From Lingula anatina (lineage: Eukaryota; Animalia; Brachiopoda): a stretch of 64,000 nt of DNA. The DNA lies in contig CM120647.1 in the NCBI GenBank assembly GCA_051362555.1, positions 806,001-870,000 of the forward strand, read 5' to 3'. The notes beneath the pieces were generated by a model. The model saw nothing but the letters and a program-made list of their open reading frames with translations. It had not been told where the DNA came from and did not search any database. The position numbers and the translations under genes were made by a program. Shown here piece by piece: positions 52,974 through 64,000 of this stretch (its first letter is position 1; every line of letters starts with the position of its first letter).

Positions 52974-54103
52974 TGTCACCTGTACAAAGTAATGGAGAAC
53001 GGACTACAGTTCCTAGCAGACTACCATTCCTGTCACACCTGTACAAAGTAATGGAGAACGGACTACAGTTCCTAGCAGACTACCATTCCTGTCACACCTG
53101 TACAAAGTAATGGAGAACGGACTACGGTTCCTAGCAGACTACCATTCCTGTCACACCTGTACAAAGTAATGGAGAACGGACTACAGTTCCTAGCGGACTA
53201 CCATTCCTGTCACACCTGTATAAAGTAATGGAGAACGGACTACAGTTCCTAGCTGACTACCATTCCTGTCACACCTGTACAAAGTAATGGAGAACGGACT
53301 ACGGTTCCTAGCGGACTAACATTCCTGTCACACCTGTACAAAGTAATGGAGAACGGACTACGGTTCCTAGCGGACTAACATTCCTGTCACACCTGTACAA
53401 AGTAATGGAGAACGGACTACAGTTCCTAGCGGACTACCATTCCTGTCACACCTGTACAAAGTAATGGAGAACGGACTACAGTTCCTAGCTGACTACCATT
53501 CCTGTCACACCTGTACAAAGTAATGGAGAACGGACTACGGTTCCTAGCGGACTAACATTCCTGTCACACCTGTACAAAGTAATGGAGAACGGACTACGGT
53601 TCCTAGCGGACTAACATTCCTGTCACACCTGTACAAAGTAATGGAGAACGGACTACAGTTCCTAGCGGACTACCATTCCTGTCACACCTGTACAAAGTAA
53701 TGGAGAACGGACTACAGTTCCTAGCGGACTAACATTCCTGTCACACCTGTACAAAGTAATGGAGAACGGACTACAGTTCCTAGCGGACTACCATTCCTGT
53801 CACACCTGTACAAAGTAATGGAGAACGGACTACAGTTCCTAGCAGACTACCATTCCTGTCACACCTGTACAAAGTAATGGAGAACGGACTACAGTTCCTA
53901 GCTGACTACCATTCCTGTCACACCTGTACAAAGTAATGGAGAACGGACTACGGTTCCTAGCGGACTAACATTCCTGTCACATCTGTACAAAGTAATGGAG
54001 AACGGACTACAGTTCCTAGCTGACTACCATTCCTGTCACACCTGTACAAAGTAATGGAGAACGGACTACAGTTCCTAGCTGACTACCATTCCTGTCACAC
54101 CTG
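52974..54103. repeat. 59-bp tandem satellite, about 19 copies
   Basis: Unit CACCTGTACAAAGTAATGGAGAACGGACTACAGTTCCTAGCAGACTACCATTCCTGTCA with only a few variable positions. Confidence 0.95.
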
Positions 54104-55679
54104 GCTCCGCACTGTATTAAGTAATAGCCGGGATATTTGACTTAACTTGTCTCTGAACACAAAACGTTTCGATACAGATAAATGTAAGGCCTTGGGCAAT
54201 AAAATTGCATCTCAACAACAAAAGGCACCTTCGACAATATACCCGGTAAGATTAACTTGGAATAATTTATGATTCCCATTTTATCTGATAGCGATCTTAC
54301 TCGTACACTGAATTACAGGTGACTAACAATTCCAAGTGTGATGAGAATATGGAAATGATATCTGGTATATCTCGTTGTAATATACGTAATGCAGGACTAC
54401 TTACCTGGTAATTAAAATAGGTAAGAACTCCAGCTTCTGAAGAATTATATGGAGAGAGATACTCGGGAGAGTTGATAATCAGCAGCTGAAGGATAGAGCA
54501 CTAGTGGGGCATTGAACAGTGAGAAAACAAACCAAGTAGTGATAAAACAGATTTTAAATAATATGGTGCAAAGTTTCTATTATAAGGGCTTCCAAATTGT
54601 ATAATTTATGTCTATGATAAACGTGCGGAGTTGCCGAAAAGTATTATGTTACCGTTAGTTAAAATATTCCTGTTAGTAACTTAACTAGTAAATCTTTCCA
54701 TTTTAAATTTTGCTAGCCATTCAATGCGCAAATTTATTTTGTAAAGATAAACTTGTCCATTTATGTTTTTGTTTCTTCATTCCATTTTTCTTCTTTGCCT
54801 TATCCCTTGCCTTGGTGCAAATTATTGATCCCATCTTTATCATTGTTTTAACAACGTACAGGAATAATTTAGATTGTATAGAATTGAACTGATGTTACAG
54901 TCCGTGGCTGTCTGAATGATTCCAGCGTTATAAGAACTTCCAAAGATTCCATTGCAGCTAGATGTTGCCGTAGACAGCTGTTTACAGTAGCTCTCAGCTG
55001 TATGGATGTACGGTGTATGACTGTGGTTCTTTATAAAAAAGTAAATAAATAATGGAGAGATGGCAGATGACGTTTAAAATTATTATTAAAATATTATACG
55101 GCTGTCAGTTTTAAAACATCTGGAGATGTGACACGGATGCGAATAAACACACACGCGTGCGCGTGCACATACACGTGTAATGTCAAGCGTTGTTTAACTA
55201 CACCGTTGTGTGTTTTATGTTGTCTTAAATCTCGTTTTTTTTTTCTCAAATGACAGGTGCAGACGACATATGAAGCAGCAGCATGCAACAACGTTTTCAA
55301 GTCACGTGATAAAAGTCCTCTTCAAAAACAGGATTTTTTCTATAAAATTTCGTTTTGATACCAACACGTAAAACACTCATATTCTCAACGCCAACCCTAG
55401 GGATAAACCACACTCGGTCCGTGTGGAAATAAGTAAGTGTCCTTTCGCCCCCCCTACCACGACGACGACCCTGCATACCAGATCTTATCAAGACAGTCAG
55501 TGTGCAAAAGTCGACAATTACTACACTCGGTTTGCGTGTGGCTCTGCATATGTAGCTTCCTTCCCAGTCTAACCAAGTCCGCCATATAAAGAAGACCCTG
55601 CCGACGTGAGGAGGGATTTAGTATAAACAAACAGTTCAACGTTACGCCGTGACGTCCAGTTCTGGCCAGTTACGTTAAC

Positions 55680-57559
55680 ATGACGCTGACGTCGCGTGTG
55701 ATACTAACGCTTTGTATATTTCTGTTGATCTCGTTAACTGAACGGCGGTCTTTAGCCTCAGGTAAGTCAATTATACAACCCTTTAAAGGGAACTTATTCA
55801 TACTGCTATTAATTAAGGGGATTTCAGTCGACCATTAGGGAGGAGGGGTCCTTATGCTTCTTGCTACATTACTTTTAAGTCTAAATCCTTCGTTTTTTGC
55901 TTCTCATTCCACACATGTCATCACGTCTTCCCTGTGTGATACAGAGGCGATATAAGGGGAAATACATCAGTGTCTGCTGTGGAGTGAGAGTTCTACGTCT
56001 ACTTCAGTAGTGGACATTGTCAAGGACCGCAGAATATTACTGGTCACGAAATTCAGAGACCCTGATTCCTGATACACCGTAGCCTTACCTTTGGATAGGT
56101 CCAGTGATTAAGATAGGCATACGAACCATAGTCTTTAAATTGTGTAGAAATGCTTCTTACGTCCTTTTTGAAATGGCAAAGTTCTACTGTCTCTGGCGAG
56201 GCCCGGCGTTGACTTTAACTTGAATTCATTTCTGTGATTTTGATCAAGGGAAGTTTTCTTCTCTTAAGTTCTCGGGTTAGGTTCTCTTTAAACCTTCACA
56301 CTGAAGGTTAATCTAAACTTTTCAACTTAAAAGTTGGTCTTTTTCAGTTCGGGATAAATTAGGATCAGTGGTAGTGCACCATATCAGAATAAATATTGGT
56401 CTACCAGTGGCGGATTTAGGGGGGGGGGGGTCAGAGGGTCCGGCCCCCCCCCCCACCCCCCCCCCTCGGTTTCTGGAAAAACAATCACCCCAATATTTCC
56501 CTCTTGATATTAGAATTCTGAAGAGCTGAAACATAGCTCTTAACTGCACCAGATGGCACCCTTTGCCCTCCAAAACACCGAACCCCACACCAAGTGGGCA
56601 AGGGTCGGCTTTGCATCCGAGGCCTGTCATTCTTTAAAAAAATGGACCCCCTTCAAATAATCCTGGATCCGCCCCTGTCTACAAGACAAGTTCCTTCTTT
56701 CCCGTCATAAAACTGGTCTAATATTGCCTTGAAATGGATTTCTACTGACTTATCCTTGCTCACAATAGACAGTGATAATAAGAATGATGATGATGATATT
56801 TTATGCGCAAGACATCATAATAAAACAATTGGTACATTTTTGGTTCTCTATACTACGTTTGATATATAACAATAATAATGATAATACAGAAATAAAACTT
56901 CATAGGTACATTAACAGTGTGTAAAACCAAACAGACAGGAAAATAATTTATAATTGAAGAACAAGGCGTATTAATTATAGACAACTACAAATTGAAAAAA
57001 TTCATAGCGGAAGAACAAGGCACATTAAAGACGTGGTTTTAAGGTTTGCCCGGTGTTTATAATGCCAGCAAAAAAGAATTGTTTGTAAATCTTCAGCTGG
57101 ACAACTACAATAGTCAAATTTCATTTATAGGAGTGTGGGCAGATGTGATGTGGATTGTCCTTTGTTGATTTCTTAGTCATGATTAATTCTTCTTAACTTT
57201 TAACTACGTTTTAATGTTAGTATCATGAATGTTTATCATGATGTATTTTTTTACATTTTTATTGCAATCTTGCTAGTTGCTTGTACGTCCGAAAATCGCA
57301 TTGTGAGTTGTTAATTTGATCCTAAAAACCTTACTGCATTGTGAGTTGTTTATTTAATCCCTAAAGTATAACCTCTTATGTTTTTTATCTATAGCTGATC
57401 CGTGAACTGCGGTTTTCGACACAAAGTTTTTTTTGGTGAAATAGAAAAAGATCTGTCATCCCGTGACCTTATAATGATATTTACCTTTTTCACAAATAAC
57501 AATGATCGCCAGTGCATGAAATTGTGACACTATGGTCAATAATGACTGGTTGGAGTGTC

Positions 57560-57611
<52 letters not shown>

Positions 57612-59232
57612 GGGGGGGGGGGGATAGAGGGGTGGGGTTTATCTATCGATCGCTAAGAAATACCCAACCACCATGACAATACTAGTGAGTGAGATGCACA
57701 TGGAAGGCTCCACTGCAACTATCGGACATATCAAAGGCTGATTCCTTGTGATGACGTCACAGAACGCCAAGGGCAGAGTAATAGTCAGGGAAATATCTGT
57801 AAACATCCAAAGAAAAATTTCTCTCTGTGACCCCAGTAGAGGGTAATGGTCCTATGTAATAATGTTGAATGTTATTTCTATAATGTTGGTGTTATTTCTA
57901 TAATACGTGGGGGTCACGTTCCACGATTTGTACATATCTACACACTTAATTTATACTGGTATGTAAAAGATAAAATCAGACTACCTTTTCCTTTTTTATC
58001 AGGATGCCATGACAGTCACATGTTAAAGGTTTTCAGCGAATTTCAACTTAAAAAGCATGTTATTAAAACTCTCCTTCATTCCTGTTAGATTACATATACG
58101 ACTGTTATTATTTTCAGCGTATATTTTTTATACGGAATGGAAATGAAAGAAATCTATGTACTAGTTACTGTTCGTGCAGGACCGTGGGCAGGGCTGAGGA
58201 AGTGGGCGGGGTGGGGGGGGGGAGGATGAAAGAACGGTCCTTTTGGCTGAAAAAGTTCCACTCTCAGTAAACATTGATCTAGATTCTCTGCCAATCCTCA
58301 AGTAGGGTCAACCGAGGACATAAGGACTCTCACTTTTTCAGACTAAGCACCCACCCTCCCTTCCTGTGACATCACTATGTACCCCACCCTCCCTTCCTGT
58401 GACATCACTATGTACCCCACCCTCCCTTCCCGTGACATCACTATGTACCCCACCCTCCCTTCCCGTGACATCACTATGTACCCCACCCTCCCTTCCCGTG
58501 ACATCACTATGTACCCCACCCTCCCTTCCTGTGACATCACTATGTACCCCACCCTCCCTTCCCGTGACATCACTATGTACCCCACCCTCCCTTCCTGTGA
58601 CATCACTATGTACCCCACCCTCCCTTCCTGTGACATCACTATGTACCCCACCCTCCCTTCCTGTGACATCACTATGTACCCCACCCTCCCTTCCCGTGAC
58701 ATCACTATGTACCCCACCCTCCCTTCCTGTGACATCACTATGTACCCCACCCTCCCTTCCTGTGACATCACTATGTACCCCACCCTCCCTTCCTGTGACA
58801 TCACTATGTACCCCACCCTCCCTTCCTGTGACATCACTATGTACCCCACCCTCCCTTCCTGTGACATCACTATGTACCCCACCCTCCCTTCCCGTGACAT
58901 CACTATGTACCCCACCCTCCCTTCCTGTGACATCACTATGTACCCCACCCTCCCTTCCTGTGACATCACTATGTACCCCACCCTCCCTTCCTGTGACATC
59001 ACTATGTACCCCGCCCTCCCTTCCCGTGACATCACTATGTACAGGTGAAGGCATTAGTCCCATACCTGAATGTTGTCGTTGCACACAATATACCGGAAGT
59101 AGACAGGTGGAAGTAACTAGGGGGACGAATATTTGTGTCTATGTCAACCAAGTGTTTTAATTGATAGTATAGAAAGTCTCTTTTCTCTTTTACAAGACGG
59201 GACACACATCCACACACACGTGCGCACGCACG

Positions 59233-59282
<50 letters not shown>

Positions 59283-62122
59283 CAGACTCAACAAAAGTAT
59301 CAGTAGCCTATATACCGGTATTAACGTGCAGCAAAATGCCCATGTTCGTAGAGTGCCCCATGGGGTGGGAAGGGGGCGCTTATTAAATATTCCTTTGTAA
59401 ATGTAGATTGAACGGAAATACTTTAAAAGGACAAAGATCTACCTGTTTTGTCTCTATCGAATCAATGCGTTTAAAATTTTGACTGATTTCCATAAATTTG
59501 AAAATGGAGATTGGATCCCTGTATTCAAAGATACAATCTGTTGTCCCATAGCTCGCCTACCTCCTACACATCAAACTGCGTACTGTTGACAGACAAAGAA
59601 TCTGGTCAATTTAGTGCAAAATTTTTGCGTAAATTAAGGGCAAAAGTATTTAAATATACGACCTTTCCGACGAAAAGTGAAGATTCGTAGGTGTCTTTTG
59701 TAGTCATTATAACCTCTTATCATGTTAATACTAATGTTGATGCTAAATACGTGCGATAAGATCAATCTTATCACCACTCCAGACTTTCAAATGTTTTTAT
59801 GCACACGAAATTTCCATTTAAAATGGCCTTTGACCCTTATCACACGCTTTTCTGACCACCGACGGCCTATTTTTCATTTATCAAAGTTTTCACTAAAAAT
59901 TCATGATTCTTAACAATTTGGCCCGGTTTACAGGAAAGGTGCTCGCGTTGATTTCGTTTGTGACATGCGTCTTGTGCGGCAACAGACACTCCCAACTGCC
60001 ATATCTAGATCACACCTCGATCTCCTTGAAATAAAAATAAACAGAAGTTCACAACTCATGATACTCCAATAAGTGAGGGGGATGTTTTTGGAATCATGCG
60101 CAATGTAACGAAATGGCATCCGCTGGTAGGTTTTTTAAGGTCAGTCTTCACAGCAACGAGAGTTATCAGAAATAATAATAATAATAATCTTTATCAGGTC
60201 TGGCACATTTTTTAGAGGGAAACACCAAACAAAAAAGCAGCGTAAATGATATAAGTAAATATTCAGTGTACATGCCTTTAAAATATAAATTATGCTATAC
60301 AGCTAGTTATGGATGTCTGATCTCACGTCCCCGGATGTATAACAATGTATTTAACACGTCTATCTTCTCCATGGGGTCTTCCTGTGTGGTATATAGATGT
60401 GTGTCCCTTACAATTATCATTTGTCGCACTTAATTGGACATAAACATAATCACTGACAAAAAGGCAATATTTGTTCTTTCGTCGGTTGTTTTTGGTGACA
60501 AAATTCTCATTGGTCACGGGATCTTCCCCACCAGCACTCCCAGCAGGGGGTCACAGTGTGGTAGAGCTAATGTGATGGACGTAGATGATAACAAGACTGA
60601 GGGCGTTCCTACACAGGTGCCCATCCTCTGCCAGGGCCACAGAGGGACATCTCTTCACCAGATATTTTTTTATTAAATTTTCGTAGCTCTTCGCAGTTCT
60701 AGTCTTACACTGTGTTGAAATTTATTTCAAATTCAAACCCTTAAAAGTGTCTATTACTACAGAGTTGGTCATGATTAGATACACTGTACCGTAATTACCC
60801 AGGCACTGTCTCTTACATTTCCTCTCAGAGACGGCCTCAGGAATAAAGTAACAGGGCCCACTCCTGGATTCTACAACCTCTAAAATATAAGACATATTGT
60901 AGACTGTAGTGCCTTTAATTGCTGAGAATAAAATTCAAGGTAAGCCGTTATGGCGGTCATTTTGAAAATCGTCAATTCACGAACCTAAATAATTTTCGTG
61001 CATATAAATAGTTGTCAGATATGTGTTCAGCCTCAAATCTTGCATCAGAACACAGCCGTTAATGAGAATAACTGAGATTTGTCCAAACCTATTCATCATG
61101 CAGACGTATACATTACAGTTTCACGTTTTGTCTGTCTTGCAAATTCAAATCAAATACCTCATCACAAATGGCATTTTTGACCTATTTAAAAAATATATAT
61201 ATATTAAAATTAAAAAAAGAAGACATTTTTCACCCTACCCCAATCTTACGACGTTAATGTTTTTTATCTTGTTTTCAAGTGATATGCTCTGTCACTTCCG
61301 CCACGGGGTGGAGCGTTGGCCTTTGTTTGTTTGTTTGTTTACAGCCAAACTCATAAACAGATGTGGATTAGGTTTAAGGATAGGCCTTACATCGGTTAAC
61401 TTAGAATCGATTATAGATTTTAATGGTGATCTATTTATTAATCAAAAAATTAATTAATCAATAATATTGAGAGTTGTACTACCTTGGCGAAGATATCCAA
61501 TTTAAAATGATAGCTTCTGACTGTTGTCTTTTAAGGGTTTGTATTTTAACAATTTAAATATGCTATCTCTGTCTCTCTTTTATACCCTATCACGCTCTTT
61601 CATTTTCTCAGCCAGTATCTTATTTATTCTCTCTCTTTTTTCTTCTCTCCCGTTCTCTCTTTGTCTCTCTAGATCATTTTATTCTAGAAAATTTTATTAT
61701 ACAAAGTCAAACGTCTTTAAATTTATTACATTATTATCACTTAACAAGGTCTCACATTAAACAACTTAGGAAAATACCTGAAATGTGCATCGGAGCTAAG
61801 ATTAATGCCAGTCCGATGAGTTGTTTTTATCATTATCATTATTATTATTATTTGTATCAGTAGTACTTAGTAGTTGTTGTAGTCATGGTAGTTGATTAGA
61901 TATAACTTTATATTGTCACTGTTTTATATTCTGATGAGCCGTAGGGCTTAAAGGTTTAATAAATTGAGATCTGATAAAAAGTGTTAACTTCCCCAGTTAC
62001 GTGTTTTTAATACTTTCCCAGATCTCACCCAGTTAGAAAACGACAGCGAGGAGGCTCTCCTGAGGAGGTTAATAGCTGAACTGGAGGAGGTACAGGCAGG
62101 AGAAGAGTTACAAGGTACACTT

Positions 62123-62173
<51 letters not shown>

Positions 62174-63909
62174 TGGATGGGAAGAGGTGAAGACGGGAGA
62201 AGAGCTATATAGAGTAGGTTTGCTTTTTTATATTAAGGCAATAGATAGACAAACTGTAAATTATGATTCATATGGAAACCATGCATCACAAACCAATCAC
62301 TCGAAAGTTTTCCATATTTAAATGGTTTTGGTTAATTTTGCATTTTTTAAAAATTAAATGCTAATCTGATTTGAATCGCACACAAACATTAGGCCCTACT
62401 ATGCCTACGGTATCTTTTTTCAACACACTTTTATATCCGTATGCACACTCCCGCCCTCTATAGGCCATTGTGAAAACTATCTCAACATCTGATTTCAGCA
62501 CTTTCAAGGGGGGTTGGCAATACTGATGCTAAAACCGAAAATAAAGAGACCGACGAAGATATGTTACATAAACTTAAGGCACAAACAGACCGTGACAAGG
62601 ACAAATACCGTCACCAAAAAGCGGCCACAACAACCACTGATTCAACTTCAGCCACGACGGAAACTCCCATGTCGACCACTTCAACAACTACATCACCGCC
62701 TGTTACAACAATTACAACGACAACATCAACGGCGACATCATCAGCAACAACAGCAACAACAAAGCCAAAGACCTCGTCAACAATATCATCAGCAGCTCCA
62801 TCAGCATCAACAACCACCTTGTATCCCACCGCCGCCACCAGAGTAACACCTCCATTCACATCCACTGCTCGCTCTCCCGATGACTTTGACATGGTCATCT
62901 CCATAATGGAGCTGGTCAGAAAATGGCGGAAGGCTGGTCTGCTCGCACCACTGGCACCGAACGCTAAAAGCATAGATAAACCGACAGAAGTTTCGCCGCA
63001 CGCCAACAAATATGCCGAAAGTAGCAAGAGCAGCGAAGCTGATGTGACTGAAGCAGCAACGGATGTCCCTTCGACATCTTCAACAAATCTTCCTCCAACT
63101 TCTACCAAGTTACCTTCCACAGCCATGGCCGCCACAACCACTGAGCAGACGACAGTAACTATGGAAACTGCCTCAACGATAGATGTAACTACTCCAGCTG
63201 AAACAACAGATGGCGCTTCGGCTAACCTGAGCAAAAAGTCAGAGTCAGATGTCTTGTTAGAACTGGCAGAAACATCTGGCAAAGAGCACAATTCTAAGAG
63301 TGAATCGCCTGAAGACGACAGTGAAAAGACCAATAAGGACAAAGAAAAAAGACTGCTTCTTCGTCTTCTTATTAAAAAGCTGAATAATGCTGGCAAGACA
63401 CGGGAAGAATGTAAGTTTTTAGTTGTTTTTCCTTTTATTAATTCACATTAAAATGATAGGAAGTACAATATATTGACGTCTCATCTGAAGTAAAAATATG
63501 ATTGACATCTAGCACAACTGTAGAATGAGATAAAATGCCTGACAATGAAAAAAAAAATTAGCCCACCTTACTGTCGGACTCAGTTTGAGGGAGCAAACAC
63601 AGGCAGAGGGGGCAAGAACTGCAGCGCATAGGCGGAAAGATTTTGTTAAACACATTGTATTTCTATTTATTAGAACTTCCAGATGTATACTAATACTAGT
63701 AACATCGATTGTCTGCTACACTATAATCTTTATTAATGGAATATATATACTGTATTGTCAGTGGAAGACAAATTAAACATAATTGAACATGAAGCATAAT
63801 TCAATTTTGATAATATTTCAGTGGTGTGGCCTCACGGAAACTGGGGACTGCCTCGTCTTGGCAACCAGCGCTGCCCTGGCGAGTCCCCCGTCTGGAGTAT
63901 GGGCACAAG
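55680..63909 (+). CDS. Secreted ApeC (apextrin C-terminal) domain-containing protein with Thr/Ser mucin-like stalk; 3' end outside window (exons 55680-55761, 62022-62114, 62499-63410, 63822-63909)
   Basis: Exon 1 MTLTSRVILTLCIFLLISLTERRSLAS is signal-peptide-like, lies downstream of TATA-like boxes and ends in GTAAGT. Phase-1 joins lead to DLTQLENDSEEALLRRLIAELEEVQ and a 912-nt Thr/Ser-rich exon. The next exon, LVWPHGNWGLPRLGNQRCPGESPVWSMGTR, resembles the ApeC start WPxGxYxLP..xCP..W..G.R. Confidence 0.72.
56405..56677. mobile_element. MITE of the CAGTGGCGGA...TCCGCCCCTG family
   Basis: TIRs plus 5-bp TSD TCTAC (56400-56404, 56678-56682). Confidence 0.75.
57563..57608. repeat. (CT)n microsatellite
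   Basis: Directly visible. Confidence 0.9.
58349..59042. repeat. 33-bp intronic minisatellite, about 21 copies
   Basis: Unit CCCACCCTCCCTTCC(T/C)GTGACATCACTATGTAC. Confidence 0.95.
59237..59280. repeat. (AG)n microsatellite
   Basis: Directly visible. Confidence 0.9.
62125..62172. repeat. (TAA)n microsatellite
   Basis: Directly visible; source of the spurious poly-Ile ORF. Confidence 0.9.
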
Positions 63910-64000
63910 GTAAGTCTGTCTGTCTGTCTGCTCGTCTGTCTGTTTGTCTGTCTGTCCGTCCATATGTCTGTCTGATTGTCTGTCCGTTTGTCTGTCTGAC

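Noticed and set aside
52974-54103. CRISPR-like regular array
   Set aside because: Units are near-identical over their whole length with no unique spacers; no cas genes; eukaryotic context.
58338-59160. Four long overlapping ORFs (223-264 aa)
   Set aside because: Artefact of a stop-free 33-bp (3x11) minisatellite open in several frames on both strands.
60829-60939. Possible extra exon (ctctcag ... CAAG|gtaagc) in the ApeC gene first intron
   Set aside because: Stops occur in the required phase-1 frame with each nearby AG tested.
62611-63396. 261-aa minus-strand Val-rich ORF and the overlapping Gln/His-rich + strand ORF at 62514-62846
   Set aside because: Shadow frames of the Thr/Ser-rich mucin exon.

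Overview
AT-rich, intron-containing invertebrate (metazoan) genomic DNA; the gene and transposon content suggests a mollusc or other lophotrochozoan, but that is inference. The ORF track is largely misleading here because the real genes are spliced. Three + strand loci encode putative secreted defence or extracellular proteins. (1) 1156-22088 is the 3' part of a giant gene (41 exons in the window, at least about 2,546 aa). It is built from a ~2-kb four-exon module repeated 10 full times. Each module encodes an N-TIMP/NTR domain (C-V-C...C...VIKAKV...C...EYLLKG...C...W...C) followed by 3-9 copies of a 21-aa Lys/Ser/Pro linker repeat. Nine of the ten modules have a dual splice acceptor: one AG continues the polyprotein, the other stops it. 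(2) About 24.0-52.1 kb holds four tandem segmental copies, each with a 3-exon gene for a small secreted 10-Cys TIL (Ascaris-type) inhibitor with Glu at the predicted P1. (3) 55680 to the window end is the 5' part of a secreted mucin-stalk protein that enters an ApeC (apextrin C-terminal) domain. Between these are MITEs, a Crypton-like fragment, a Kolobok-like TTAA element, a 59-bp satellite and a 33-bp minisatellite. Exon coordinates were read by hand from splice consensus and frame continuity; no database search was run.
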